A stretch of DNA of 64,000 bases from Octopus sinensis (GCF_006345805.1 NC_042999.1:129270001-129334000), one strand, 5' to 3'. Numbered from the stretch's first letter, positions 39,001-49,979 are shown. Program-made: numbers and translations. The notes: generated by a model from the sequence alone, not told the origin.

Positions 39001-42000
39001 TACAAACAACAACTGAAAAATGTAATCCCTTTCATATAATGTACTCAACATGTTAAGGTAAATGAAGACCTCAAGTTTAATCTGAAGGTGTATCAAAATA
39101 AATATTATACAACACCTGTACTATTCAGATTAATAATAATAATAATTCATTAAGTACTGAAGAATGATCTCCGGATGCTGAACCTTTCAGGCGAGATGAC
39201 AAAGGACCAAGATGCCTGGTGCCTTGCTGTACTCAAGAAGACTTGTACTCCAAAGCAGAAGTGTTAAGACATGTTTCTCTGGTAGTGAAAAGCACTCATG
39301 ATGGTGTCACATAAAAGTGCCTGTGTGGTGCCATGTAAAAGAACCTATACAGTGCCATGTGAAATGCACCCATGTAGTGTCACATAAAAGTGCCTGTGTG
39401 GTGCACATAAAAGCACTCAAGCAGTACAACGTAAAAGCGTCTGTGCAGTGCCACATAAAAGCACCCAGCACATTCTGTAAAGTGGTTGGACATCCAACCA
39501 TACAAACAATGCCAAATCAGATTGGAGTTTGGTGTGGTTCCCCAGCTCTGGTCAAACCATCCAACCCATGCCAGCATGAACAACAGATGTTAAATGATGA
39601 TGATGATGATGATGAATTTCTAATTTTAGGTTAATACCTCAGATTTAGAGCTGATTAAACGTAATGAGAATGGACATGATACTATAGTTAAGAAGTTGAT
39701 TCCACAGTCATGCGATTCTGGGTTTTATCACACTACACAGCATCTTGGGTAAATGTCCACTACTAAAGCCTCTGGCTGATCTAAGCTTTGTAAATGAAAC
39801 TGGAATAGACAGAACTCATGTGGAAGTCCACTGGAATACTTATACTCTTTTTAGGCGATGGATTTAGCAAATACTTGGACCAAATCTTCAGTCTGAGCAC
39901 TTTTCTTCTTCCCATCAGTCTAGGAAACCCTGCAAAAAGGTCTTCCTTCTCAGACTTAATCTATAGAATTTATTTTTTAAAAAATTATACATTATACATA
40001 AGCACAGGTGTGGCTGTGAGGTAAGAAGTTTGCTTCCCAACCACATGGTCCTGGGTTCAGTTCCACTGTGTAAGTAGTAGGTTTCAAAAGAAAATAAGTA
40101 CTGGAGTTGATTAGTGTGACTAAATTCCTCAAGGTGGTACCCTAGCATGGCTGCAGTCTAAATAAGTAGAAAATTAAAGATTTATCACCCCTGGAAGATG
40201 AATAATAAGATAATCCTCGTACAGTTTGAAATTAGATTGTAAAGTGTTATACTAAATACTGCAAATCTTTTAGTACACCATTTCATCCTTTCTGCTACCT
40301 AGCAAATAATTTCGAGCTAACCCTCACTAAAGTACTGATGGGTTGCTACGATTATTAAGACACACACAGTCATGTATTTAATATGGGTAATCACACAATT
40401 GCAGAATACTTAATAGTATATTAAAAAAAGAAATCAATATTAAGGTAATCAAAAATATTTCCAGATGAAAACAGAAAAAAAAAAAAAAAAATGGACCTAC
40501 TGAAGGGAGATAACTGATGTAACTATTATTTTAGCTTCAGGTCAGCCCTGATGGAGCAGACGTCTGATCAAAGATGTTCCTGCTTTGACCATTCCATCAT
40601 TTTATATATCCATGACCAAATTTTCCAATGTGTTCTTACTCTTCTTATGATGGTAGATATGAGCTGAGGAGATTTTACTATTTCTCTGATCGAATGATTA
40701 TGTAGAGGCTTCAACGACTTGTAAAATATGTTAAATGTCTCGATTTGTAACATTCATATTAATAACCCTATTAACAACATCAGTGTCATACAATTCAGTT
40801 TAAAAGTTATCATACTGAGACCTAGTTTAAATAGCTTTGTATCATTTCAGCTGTTAAATTACTTATCTATAAGACTGAATCCATCAAATAATTAGTACAA
40901 AGTTATAGAGTACAGTCAATCTAAATTAAAATATTTGACTTATTTATCAACCCACAAAGGAATAAAAAACAAAGTCACCCTCAGTAAGATTTGAATACAG
41001 AATGTAAAGAGTTGTAACTAAATACTCCAAAGTATTTTTCCAGTTCTGTAGTGACTCTTCTAGGCCACTATCTAGAATTTATATCAATAAGTTATCAATA
41101 AACGAAAATTTATTTCAAATTATATTGAAAATTACAAGTTGACTTACCATACCAAGACGAACATTACTAATACGCTCCAATAAGCGCCGACGCTTCGTTT
41201 TCTGAGTAATCTCAGCAACACTAGCTTGTAGTGAACCTGCTTCATCTTCTTTTATAGCCTCCCTGTAAATTATAAAGTCTGTTTGTAACTTGGTTCATTA
41301 AATTAAAATTTTAGTTTCTTTATGAAATTATCATTTTCTATTTACTTCTAGTTTCCAAGAAATATTTTTGATGTAGGATATAACAGCCATCTTTCATACA
41401 GCAGAAGGTGGTCATAAAGCCATTTTTTTGACAAATCATAGTCTTTACTCAAGCACTACCTGGATCTGGTTAGTCCTACATTTAACAAAAGTTTCAAATT
41501 GTGGTACAAGGCCAGCAAGTCCATGGCTACATCAACCCCAGTGTTTAAGTGGTGCTTATTTTACAAAGTCAACCATGGCAGATTTGAGCTCAGAATGTGA
41601 AGATGGAAAAAATGCAACTAAGCCTTCAGTCTGACACGCTAACAATTCTGCCAGCTTGCTGCCTTAGTTTTACATTTAATGTAGATATCTAAAGATTGAA
41701 ATATATTCCAGACTCAGCCATTTTGTCTACATGTTCAGAATCGTTTCATTCATTATCTGTTATTTGAAGTGTACTACTGGCACTTGTATTGCTCTTATTG
41801 AATGGAATCTATCAGATTGCTAATCAAATACTCAAAAACACTTTCATGCATATTCCTTAAACTGTCAAGTGAAGGCAGGAGCAGGCATACCATTTCACAC
41901 ATACTCTTTTGATTCATTTTGATACAATATCATTATTCAAAATATTTCATGTTTCTTGTTTTTTTGGCAAATTATTTAACTGCCTCTCTGCAAGTAAGAT

Positions 42001-42359
42001 CAGCTTGTTGTTTAACTTTTGCATCTAACTTTTAGGCAAAGACTTTTGCTTATGAAAATTTTCCAAGCAAGCTGCCTATCAATTATAGTCTATCAGTTTC
42101 ACTGCTGTGCTCTTATTTTACTTATGCTCTGTAAATAAAACTGACCAGTGGTTCCTTTCATTAATCATTAATATTGGAGATACAAGAACAAGATGTTTTT
42201 GAGGATCTTTTTAAAGAACTAGTTCCTCTATGAAATTTAGAATTAATACTTATCAAATATTATGGCTATTAGGCAATTTCATAACAAAAAACTCTGTACT
42301 AACCATGTACGTTCATATGCCGTTTCCCAACGGTAAAGGTTCTCGTCGTCATCAGCCAT
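16661..42359 (-). CDS. GTF2H2: General transcription factor IIH subunit 2 (p44/Ssl1), complete spliced CDS: join of 42359-42304, 41262-41148, 37197-37111, 35369-35264, 31830-31725, 29667-29577, 28800-28713, 28268-28192, 27371-27341, 24148-24085, 22123-22020, 21606-21498, 18989-18950, 16798-16661
   Basis: Fourteen GT-AG exons with mutually consistent phases sum to 1212 nt (403 aa + stop). The translation carries recognisable p44 motifs: [116 protein letters not shown]. Confidence 0.97.
17320..17692 (+). mobile_element. Older RTE 3' end; further tails at about 22875-23050 (-), 23625-23870 (+), 34350-34420 (-), 48140-48365 (+), 50635-50780 (-), 57610-57855 (+), 60600-60750 (+)
   Basis: Shared aggcatcc/ccatgc.agcatgg/(GAT)n terminus. 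Confidence 0.8.
18950..18989 (-). CDS. GTF2H2: GTF2H2 coding exon 13 ([13 protein letters not shown])
   Basis: tttcag acceptor, gtgagt donor; 40 nt. Confidence 0.94.
19818..20400 (-). pseudogene. Retroelement gag-like relic with an intact CX2CX4HX4C zinc knuckle ([14 protein letters not shown])
   Basis: Exact knuckle spacing in ORF 19818..20084, preceded by a gag-like [10 protein letters not shown] segment. No pol follows. Confidence 0.4.
21220..21490 (+). mobile_element. R4/Dong-like (RLE) non-LTR retrotransposon 3' fragment flanked on both sides by (TAA)n
   Basis: Encodes IVGSLGTV and [21 protein letters not shown], the typical RLE C-terminus. (TAA)n lies at about 21198-21218 and 21466-21490. 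Confidence 0.75.
21498..21606 (-). CDS. GTF2H2: GTF2H2 coding exon 12 ([35 protein letters not shown])
   Basis: tttcag acceptor, gtaagt donor; 109 nt. Confidence 0.96.
22020..22123 (-). CDS. GTF2H2: GTF2H2 coding exon 11 ([34 protein letters not shown]), C4 zinc finger
   Basis: ctttag acceptor, gtcagt donor; 104 nt. Confidence 0.96.
24085..24148 (-). CDS. GTF2H2: GTF2H2 coding exon 10 ([21 protein letters not shown])
   Basis: ctatag acceptor, gtaagt donor; 64 nt. Confidence 0.94.
24279..26572 (-). mobile_element. Young 5'-truncated RTE-clade LINE in GTF2H2 intron 9: unbroken RT ORF (564 codons to the stop at 24878), repeat-containing 3' UTR and (GAT)n tail
   Basis: ORF 24878..26689 has RT motifs ([45 protein letters not shown]) and the RTE C-terminus RGRPRKTW. 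It is CpG-rich, has no stops, and lacks the APE domain. The first 39 codons of the ORF are host intron. Confidence 0.95.
27341..27371 (-). CDS. GTF2H2: GTF2H2 coding exon 9, 31-nt micro-exon ([10 protein letters not shown]+G)
   Basis: tttcag acceptor, gtaaaa donor; matches the conserved SLIRMG motif; ends in phase 1. Confidence 0.93.
28192..28268 (-). CDS. GTF2H2: GTF2H2 coding exon 8 ([26 protein letters not shown])
   Basis: atttag acceptor, gtaagt donor; 77 nt; the motif is visible inside ORF-track entry 28132..28377. Confidence 0.95.
28713..28800 (-). CDS. GTF2H2: GTF2H2 coding exon 7 ([29 protein letters not shown])
   Basis: ttgcag acceptor, gtaaat donor; 88 nt. Confidence 0.95.
29577..29667 (-). 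CDS. GTF2H2: GTF2H2 coding exon 6 ([30 protein letters not shown])
   Basis: tttcag acceptor, gtatgt donor; 91 nt. Confidence 0.95.
29988..30046. repeat. (TA)n microsatellite; others at about 2538-2595, 8228-8265, 9085-9122, 15057-15078, 58545-58580
   Basis: Directly visible dinucleotide runs. Confidence 0.95.
30045..30362 (+). mobile_element. RTE 3' end (short interspersed copy)
   Basis: Same terminal sequence (..gttaggaagggcatccagc..catgctagcatggaaagc..aaacgatgatgat). Confidence 0.88.
31132..31554 (+). mobile_element. RTE 3' UTR fragment nested inside a piggyBac-like MITE (31011-31651)
   Basis: Contains repeat units, the RTE tail and (GAT)n. The flanks gaatgacat and agtaagg rejoin into the MITE seen intact at 49980-50194. 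Confidence 0.88.
31725..31830 (-). CDS. GTF2H2: GTF2H2 coding exon 5 ([35 protein letters not shown])
   Basis: actcag acceptor, gtaaat donor; 106 nt. Confidence 0.95.
32123..32519 (-). mobile_element. Non-autonomous Helitron-type element (397 bp), same family as 8686-9082
   Basis: Reverse-complement match along the whole length with identical termini. Related older pieces lie at about 13622-13970 and 34250-34335. Confidence 0.85.
32909..33112. mobile_element. Tc1/mariner-type MITE
   Basis: TA-flanked TIRs cagggtgggccaaaagtcaca / tgtgacttttggcccatcatg. Confidence 0.8.
33245..35225. mobile_element. Penelope-like element relic in inverted arrangement (minus arm 33245-33810; plus arm 33835-35225, interrupted by Helitron, RTE and SINE pieces)
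   Basis: The plus arm encodes the RT end ([24 protein letters not shown]) and the GIY-YIG motif [24 protein letters not shown], with stops and a frameshift. The left arm is the reverse complement of the EN/3' part. Confidence 0.85.
35264..35369 (-). CDS. GTF2H2: GTF2H2 coding exon 4 ([35 protein letters not shown])
   Basis: ctacag acceptor, weak gtttgt donor; 106 nt. Confidence 0.93.
36632..36856 (+). mobile_element. SINE family B (gagctggcagaa..gttctgagttcaaatt) with an 11-bp TSD agaaatatcta. Others at about 7126-7325, 7346-7550, 21025-21190(-), 27643-27830, 30406-30595, 38200-38590(- x2), 41485-41665(-)
   Basis: Direct repeat at 36621-36631 and 36857-36867; multicopy. Confidence 0.85.
37111..37197 (-). 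CDS. GTF2H2: GTF2H2 coding exon 3 ([29 protein letters not shown])
   Basis: Poly-T tract plus cag acceptor, gtatgt donor; 87 nt; start of the vWA domain. Confidence 0.95.
39140..39615 (+). mobile_element. Older RTE subfamily 3' end with short-period (about 26-28 bp) GTGCCAYRTAAAAG repeats
   Basis: ORF end ([25 protein letters not shown]), repeats, shared tail and (GAT)n. Confidence 0.8.
41148..41262 (-). CDS. GTF2H2: GTF2H2 coding exon 2 ([38 protein letters not shown])
   Basis: ttacag acceptor, gtaagt donor; 115 nt. Confidence 0.95.
42304..42359 (-). CDS. GTF2H2: GTF2H2 coding exon 1 ([18 protein letters not shown]+TG); the exon itself spans 42382-42304 including 23 nt of 5' UTR
   Basis: Acceptor ctatag at 42388-42383, ATG at 42359, donor gttagt; phase 2. 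Confidence 0.95.
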
Positions 42360-44299
42360 GTTGTGTAATTTTTCCCCACTACCTATAGAAATCAAATTGG
42401 AAGGATAAGCATAAACATATTCAAATGTACAATATACAAATTTAGCAAAGTGTTTCAATCAGTGGTAAGCTACCAAAATTTGAGCAAAATTACTTAGCAA
42501 GAAAAATTTTAATCATTAGTTTAAAAAGATTCTAGATTCAACAATAAAATATTTCTTCTTTAATATAAAATGAATATAGGGTAAATATGAAAATACAAGA
42601 AAACTGGTGATGAACTGTGTCAGGTAAAAATCAGTCAATACAATCTTTGGAAGATTAGTAAAGTTTATTTGCTATGAGGATTGTAATATAATAATATTTC
42701 TTTATTTTGGTCTTTCATCTGAAGAAAGGAACCAAGTCAAAATTGAAAAGTGAAGAGAGGAATTGTCATGGTATGAGATGAGGAGATAAGGAGGCCAAAA
42801 ATTTGACCGGTATGTAAATATATCCCTCACACAATGGCAAAAAGATACAGATAAGGTAACAGGATGAAGTATTGTAGTGAGAAGGTGGGTAGGCAGGTAA
42901 ATAAGCACAGTACATCAACACACTATCACCACCCTTGCTATTTCTAGTTTGATAAAAAAATTTTATTTTAAAATTCCCCACCCTGCCCCACCTCATGTAT
43001 TTCTCAATTTCACTCCCCCAGCTCTTTAAATAACCTGTCAGCAACCTTACTTTTATTCGACTATCAGAGCTTTCTTCCCTAGGAAAATAAATACGACTCA
43101 CACTATTCTTCAAAGGTAAACGATTATAAATTTCTTTTTAGTTGCTTACTTAGAGGAGAGTGCCAGGAAGAAATCACCTTCAGACTAAAGATCTGGCTTG
43201 AAAACCTACAATAAAGTGGTCATAGTTAAAGATATGGTTAGGTGTTGGTGTTAAACTTGGACATAAAGTTGTTATATTTAATTGGCAAAGATAAAGAAGT
43301 GAGTAGCTAAGTTTCAAGACTTTCATCAGCTAAGAAATTGTGTTCCCACACCAATTTATAGCAGGATTTGGGATCAGTACTACAATAAAACGTCAATTAT
43401 ATTATACTCTATTGCTTATAGCAATGAGCTATGCTCCTCTACATCATACTCAATTTATAACCAGGTGGAGTGGATCACTAAAAATTAGTTGGATGTAGAT
43501 TATTATTAGCAATATTGCCAAATAAATGATTCAACAAGATGCTGCAAGTTTTTGTGCATACTGAAGATGTTGAAACAAAACTGCAACATTAATCCTTCAA
43601 TTACGTCCCTCTCCACTCATTTATCCAACTCACAAGTGATGCGATTACATCCTGCTGCAGATGTTTGTTGTTTCAGGGCAAGATATTTAATTCCATTTCT
43701 CTTTAAATCACTAAGATTAATTTGTGAAGTCATGAACAAGAGAGGAAAAAAGGGAAAGAAAAGTCAGTGTTAATATATTAAATCTAGTGATGTATCAAAA
43801 ATCTAATTATTTTCCACATTTTGGCAAATACGGGAGACAACTACCTGCTAGAGTCTAGTGCTATATTCAAGAGGAAACAATTGCTTCATATTTGTTAAAT
43901 ATTACAGAAACTGGAGTTGCCAATCAACTCTAGATCTTTGTTTATCTAAAAATCAAATTATATATTTCTAGTCATCAGGTTCTGCAAATTGATAAATAAT
44001 GCACAGATGATATAATGATATGGCTGTTTACCAGCACCAAACTTTGAATGAAGAGTTTTTAACGAGCAGAGATTTTTTTTTGCAGAAACGAGAAAAAGTG
44101 TGTTGGAAAAGAGTAAAGTTAAGGAATCAAAGAAGAAAATGAAAAAAACAAAAACTGGGTAGAAGACTCGACATTTTCCAACTTCATTAATAACCTTTCT
44201 ACAATTTTTTTCATTTCTTAGAGGGTTATGACACATGGAATGTATTTTATTTTACTAATTATTGTCTTTTGTTAACGCAATCACTTATTTCAAAATATT

Positions 44300-46500
44300 T
44301 TTCCTTCAGTTTACAAAGACTCTAACACGAAAGTTTTAAATAATCGAAGAAATCAGGGTTAAAGGTAGCTTTTTCTATGGACAAAACTAATTTTGTAAAG
44401 AGAGGAAATATTTCTGAATGATTTTTCGACGACAGATTAAAGGCATAATCATTCGTATCCGTGAAGGAATACAGAATAAAATCTGATTATATAGCCTGCA
44501 TTAAATCTCTAGAGAAAATTAAAATTAGATCATATAGCTTGCGTTAGATCTCTGGAGAAATTACAGTAAACGACAACAGACGTATCATAAATTAAAAATA
44601 AATAAAACTTTTACAGTCATTTTCCAAGTTTTATCCTCGTAATGTTGTTTGCGTGAGTGGCATCTCAGTGTAATAGTTTTTGTTTTATCTCTTGTAATTT
44701 ATAGTTATAAACTCGAAGATAATAATAATGTAAATTTTGAATAATGTATATTACCATTATTTCAGGGAGAAAATACAACAACAGTAAAAATGAAAATAAA
44801 GATCAGAAAATTTTAGTTAATTACTTCGTTATTATTGTCCTGGATGCATCTTTACTTCTCGTGCCGACAACCAGCATGGACTAATAGCATTATTCTTAGC
44901 CACATATACTTACTACTACAGGTGTAAGGTATACAGCGCTCGAGATTTATTTTTAAAAGCGCCAAAATAATTATTTAAATAACTGAAGGAAGTAAAAAAT
45001 TTTCTACTGCAACAAAAACTTAGATCAAATCTATTTTAGAGTTTTACAATGTATTAGAATAATATAATCTAAATTACTCTGATAAAGGAATATATTATTG
45101 TTTTTGTTTAATTAAAACCCTAGTATAAAATTTAAACAAAACACTCTTACCATTCTTTTAATAATGGATACTGAGCTTTGAATTAGCTTACGAAGGGCAG
45201 TTTAAATTTAATCGGTATATGTATAGCTCTGTATGAATGCCGTTGTGGTGTTTCGGCCATGAGTACCGTCAGATAAAGTGTTTTCCAAAAGGGACGTCTG
45301 CTTCTATTCTATCTTCGACTGCTATGTCCCCTCTGTCATTGCTTTGGTTCTGATGCGATTACTTTTTGCTCGATAGTTGTTTTTTCTTGACTTTTTATTT
45401 GTTATCCATGATATAGTGCAAATTTTACAATGATGCATTTATTGCGAGGCCATTTCGGGTGAGTGTATTTATAGCTTTTTCTGTAAATCTCCGGTTTTTT
45501 AAAGAATAATCTTTAATTTTTATATAATCTCAAATCTGCATTGCTTAGCTGGTAACTTATAAAACACTACTTTCCATATAATGCATTTAAATCTGTAAGG
45601 TTTGTAAGTACGTTATTTTTATATCAACCTTTAATGTCTTTGGAAAGGTCAAACGCTTTCTTCGAAAAGGAAAGCATACAGAATGTACTTTCAAAATCCA
45701 TTCTAATTCAGATTATTTTATTCATTCTTGACTATTATTATTCTTTAATGTAAAAGAGGGGGATTTAATCTCATTAACTGTTATAATCCATTTGCTTGTC
45801 ACTCGAACAATTATGAAGTATATTATGTATCTCTGACCGTGACTCCTAAGATTTACCCAATGCTATCTATATTTAGCCTAAACGAATTAAACTTAAATTT
45901 ATTTATTGACTTTGTAGGTTTTTTTTTTTTTTTTTTTTTTGCACATTAGTGAAGTGTATGATATGAATTTACATTTCATTCAACACAATTACAACTCATC
46001 GCATGGTAACTCTGAAATCTGGATTTTTCGTATCTGCAGCAGACATACTTTCAGTGTAACATACATTTACTTCATTCAGTCTTTTTATTTAATTAAAAGA
46101 AAACGTAATATGCGTGTGTATTTGTCTTAAACGTTGTCAGCTGTTCTGAGATATGAAATAGACAATGATTTATCATATGGTCCAAAAGTTCTCTTCTGCT
46201 CTTAGATATGAAATAGACAACACTAATTTATATCACATTGACTCCGGAACTGTTTGATGGTCATATCTTCCTCAAACAATTACGAATTTAAGACTCGGAT
46301 AATATGTTGCAGAATTTTCTAATTCTTGTTATCTTCAATGATTGCGAATTAGTGGGGCTAAGTGTAATTCCTGGTTACTGATATTTATTGTTATGTCATT
46401 TTTTCTCCGTATGATTTCAAATGATTTTCTTTCTCCACGTTAGGAGAGATATACTGACTACACCCCAATTTCAGATAAGCAAAATATCTAGTCATAAAAA
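44300..46500. promoter_or_regulatory. Putative bidirectional promoter / CpG-retaining zone shared by GTF2H2 (-) and OPA1 (+)
   Basis: Visibly more CpG and far fewer repeats than the flanks. It lies between two divergent genes whose ATG exons both begin with acceptors. Outward-facing donors: minus at 45150 (aatg|gtaaga) and 44913 (gtaagt); plus at 45459 (cgg|gtgagt). Confidence 0.65.
45240..45458 (+). other. Candidate non-coding exon 1 (5' UTR) of OPA1; 5' end uncertain
   Basis: Strong donor cgg|gtgagt at 45459 within the CpG-retaining zone. The OPA1 ATG exon has an upstream acceptor at 56944 and therefore needs a 5' exon. Confidence 0.5.
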
Positions 46501-46899
46501 TTGAGACGTTTCAGATATTTGAATTTTTCCTCCCTTTTTCATATCTACATTCTTAATCATTTTTAAGAATGCCTTAGCTCATTTGAAAAGATTAATACAT
46601 TTTCACTTTTGGCATTAGCAATCTACATTGATTTTTAAAAATTTTTATCTATTTATTTTTTGCATGCTTCATGCTGTTCTGTAGTATTTTATTCGAAGTA
46701 ATCAAATTTCTCTTTGATTACTTCAAATTAATTTTTACTCCTTGCTCCAAACTGGTTTGGGTTAACAAATAGGTTTCGTTTCTAATCAAGTTTGTGACAT
46801 CCATTCTAAGTAGATATCTATTTTTTATTTATTTTGTGGTTTATCTGAGAATACGATGCTGTCCTTGTTCGATGGATGTCAATATACTAAAAAATGTTT

Positions 46900-47620
46900 T
46901 ATAAGTTAATCGGAGGATCAGCTGTCTCCATTTTACTTAACAGGTTCATTGAGGCTAGTGAGATTGAAACAGTGGATGTTCTGCTTCAATATCTGTATAT
47001 CGACGCCTGGGTGGGGCAGGAGTTCCAGAGGATTGAACTTCTCGATGGCAGGAAGGCTTGGGAAAAATGTTTAGTATGGGATGTAGATGAGAGAGAGACA
47101 GTGTATGATGTTACGAGTGAAGTTAGATTGGTTTGGGTCGAGAAAATATGCTGCTAGGTAATACAGAGGACCATTATAGAAATGCAGGAGGTAGATGGAA
47201 GAAGTGATGCATCTGTGAGCTGGTGATTAAAATGTGTTGGTTATTGACTCTGACAATTAATCAAGTGGTCTTCATTAGGATCGGCCTTGGAATCTTATGT
47301 GCATAGCACAATGCTGTCCAAAAGCAATTACTTTCAGGATATAGGTTAGTAGTTGGATGAAACACATGGACTGATAAGATTTTTGATCAGCCAAAATGCA
47401 GAATGAACGTCAAAAAACTCTTTATGAGACAGAGTTAGTGAACTGTTGAGTCAGTGTTTGGGAGACTGAAATATTTAGCAGTGATGAGGGGAAATAAAAC
47501 TGGTGGACTTAAGTAGTTTATAAGCAGCGATTGCAGGAAAGTAAAGACAAATGAAGAATACCACTCAGGAGTAGGAATGTGGTTGAGGAGTATTGACATT
47601 TTCTTGGATTTAGTCCCAAA
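46900..47620 (-). mobile_element. Degraded Jockey/CR1-like LINE RT C-terminal fragment; a similar relic lies at about 35700-36330 (-)
   Basis: Frameshifted traces of FY..YNG and FSQAFLP..SILWNS.P. Confidence 0.5.
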
Positions 47621-48593
47621 TGCTTGCATGTGTAATGTTACCAATAAATAATAACTTAAGAAGATTTCTAATTTGTATACTGTTAGTATTGGCTCAAGAA
47701 TGAATCTAAAAGTCTCGAGGGCAAGGGTGTATTGGTATGATTTGAGAAAATTTTCTAGTGGATATGTACTGCAAGAAACTGGAGAAAGATTGAATGTTAT
47801 AGTTTAGTTGCTTATAGCATCAGAGAATTTTCTCTTTTTAAATAGGGGTATTATATTAAATACCTGCAAAGATAGGGCCCAGTTGGAATTATACTTGTTT
47901 ACAGAACCCTTTCATTTCGGGTGAGGCAGAATATTTAAATGATATTCTTTGAGGTAAATACTAACATAGCTACAGTTAAGGATGAATTTTAAAAAATGAT
48001 ATACTGCACAGCAGCATCTTGTTTCCTCTTCAATGTCATATGTTAAGCATTTCATTTGCAGATCAAAACTTGCAGCTTGTAACGGCTGGTCAGCAGAATT
48101 GTTAACGCTACTTCCCTTCCTGAAGAGGATTGTCCTGCAAGAGCCTGTGCTGGTGCCATATAAAAGCACAGCTGCTATCAACCATGCTGGTGCCATGTAA
48201 AAAGCACCCAGCATTCTCTGTAAAGTTGTTGGTGTTAGGAAAGGAATCCAACCTTAGAAACCAAACCAAATCAGACTGGAACCTAGTGCAGTTCTGCTTT
48301 CCAGCTCTGGTCAAACTGTCCAAATCCATGCCAGCATGGAAAACAGATGAATGATGGTGATGATGACTGTAGGATGTATTTTTTAATGTACAGCTGCACT
48401 ACAGCATCCATGTAAACTGTTTTTAAGAGGCTGGAGTATGGGCTTTGATATTGATTTCTTAAGTTAGGAGAAAGTTTCTGTTACTCATTTAGTTGCAAAG
48501 TCAGAAATAACATATTTTCTGCCATTAGTGAGTAGTTGATCTATTAGAGGCCTGATCAATTTACCGATTCTACTCTTTAGAGGAGCCGAAGAT

Positions 48594-49804
48594 ATTAGGC
48601 CTGTGGAAGAGGTAGACCCAGGAAAACCTGGGTCGAGGTGGTGAAGCACGACCTTCGAACTCTAGATCTCACCAAGGAAATGACCAGAGACCTATGGAAG
48701 TATGCTGTGCGTGAGAAGACCCGGCAAGACCAGTGAGAACAATCAAAATCAAATCATATATCAGAAAGCAGGGGTTAAGTGACCCATCCGTTCGTGTCCG
48801 CTGTCAGCCTCGTCTGGCACCCGTGCCGGTGATATGTAAAAGCACCATTCGCTCATGGCCGTTTGCCAGCTCTGCCTGGCCCCGTGTCGGTGGCACGTAA
48901 AAGCACCATCCGTTCGTGTTCGTTGCCAGCCTCGCCTGGCCCCGTGCCGGTGACACGTAAAAGCACCGTCCGTTCGTGGCCGTTTGCCAGCTCTGTCTGG
49001 CCCCGTGTCGGTGGCACGTAAAAGCACCATCCGTCCGTGTCCGTTGCCAGCCTCGGCTGGCCCCCGTGCCGGTGACACGTAAAAGCACCGTCCGCTCGTG
49101 GCCATTTGCCAGCTCTGTCTGGCAAACATGTCGGTGGCACGTAAAAGCACCATCCGTTCGCATCCGTTGCCAGCCTCGGCTGGCCCCCGTGCCGGTGACA
49201 CGTAAAAGCACCGTCCGCTCGTGGCCATTTGCCAGCTCTGTCTGGCAACCGTGTCGGTGGCACGTAAAAGCACCATCCGTTCGCGTCCGTTGCCAGCCTC
49301 GCTGGCCCCCGTGCCGGTGACACGTAAAAGCACCGTCCGCTCGTGGCCATTTGCCAGCTCTGTCTGGCAACCGTGTCGGTGGCACGTAAAAGCACCATCC
49401 GTTCGCGTCCGTTGCCAGCCTCGGCTGGCCCCCGTGCCGGTGACACATAAAAGCACCGTCCGTTCGTGGCTGGTTGCCAGCTCTGTCTGGCCCCGTGTCG
49501 GTGGCATGTAAAAGCACCATCCGTTCGTGTCCGTTGCCAGCATCGCCTGGCCTCGTGCCGGTGACACGTAAAAGCACCATCCGTTCGTGGCCGTTCGCCA
49601 GGTCTGTCTGGCACCTGTGCAGGTGGCACGTAAAAAACACCCACTACACTCGCGGAGTGGTTGGCGTTAGGAAGGGCATCCAGCCGTAGAAACACTGCCA
49701 GATCTGACTGGGCCTGACGAAGCCTTCCAGCTTCACAGACCCCAGTTGACCCGTCCAACCCATGCTAGCATGGAAAGCGGACGCTAAACGATGATGATGA
49801 TGAT
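48594..49804 (+). mobile_element. RTE LINE 3' fragment (ORF end + 3' UTR with expanded tandem array + (GAT)n tail) in OPA1 intron 1
   Basis: The end of ORF2 ([27 protein letters not shown]) is homologous to 24878-25030, and the terminal ~170 bp matches the other RTE tails. Confidence 0.92.
48784..49642 (+). repeat. GC-rich minisatellite: 14 units of about 60-62 bp, strictly alternating A/B (7 dimers of about 121 bp)
   Basis: The core (c)rTAAAAgCACC recurs 14 times. Units alternate GTGCCGGTGACAC/GCCAGCCTCG(G)CTGGC with GTGTCGGTGGCAC/GCCAGCTCTGTCTGGC. Confidence 0.95.
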
Positions 49805-49979
49805 TTTGATGTGAAGTAATATGCATTGAGGAAACCAATGATCAGACAATGGCGACACCAGAACAGAGGCTAAGTTATAGAGCAGAAGAGTTGAGTAACT
49901 CTTGATTGTTAGGTAAATTCATAGAATATTAAAGGCAGTATAAGAAGTAAACAAGTTAAGCAGTAACAACTTCAATTAA

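Noticed and set aside
48890-49635. Repeated TACGTG (hypoxia-response-element core) on the minus strand of the array in OPA1 intron 1
   Set aside because: A 6-mer inherited from the LINE repeat unit; there is no sequence evidence of enhancer function.
48784-49642. CRISPR-like appearance of regularly spaced hairpin repeats
   Set aside because: The intervening sequences are themselves repeated (A/B alternation) rather than unique spacers, there are no cas genes, and the array sits inside a LINE 3' UTR in a eukaryotic intron.
48761-49758. Long overlapping ORFs (268, 278, 301 aa) across the array, and similar ORFs at 24332-24748, 31137-31436 and 62629-62993
   Set aside because: These arise from GC-rich tandem repeats lacking stops; several frames are open at once and the translations are just the repeat.
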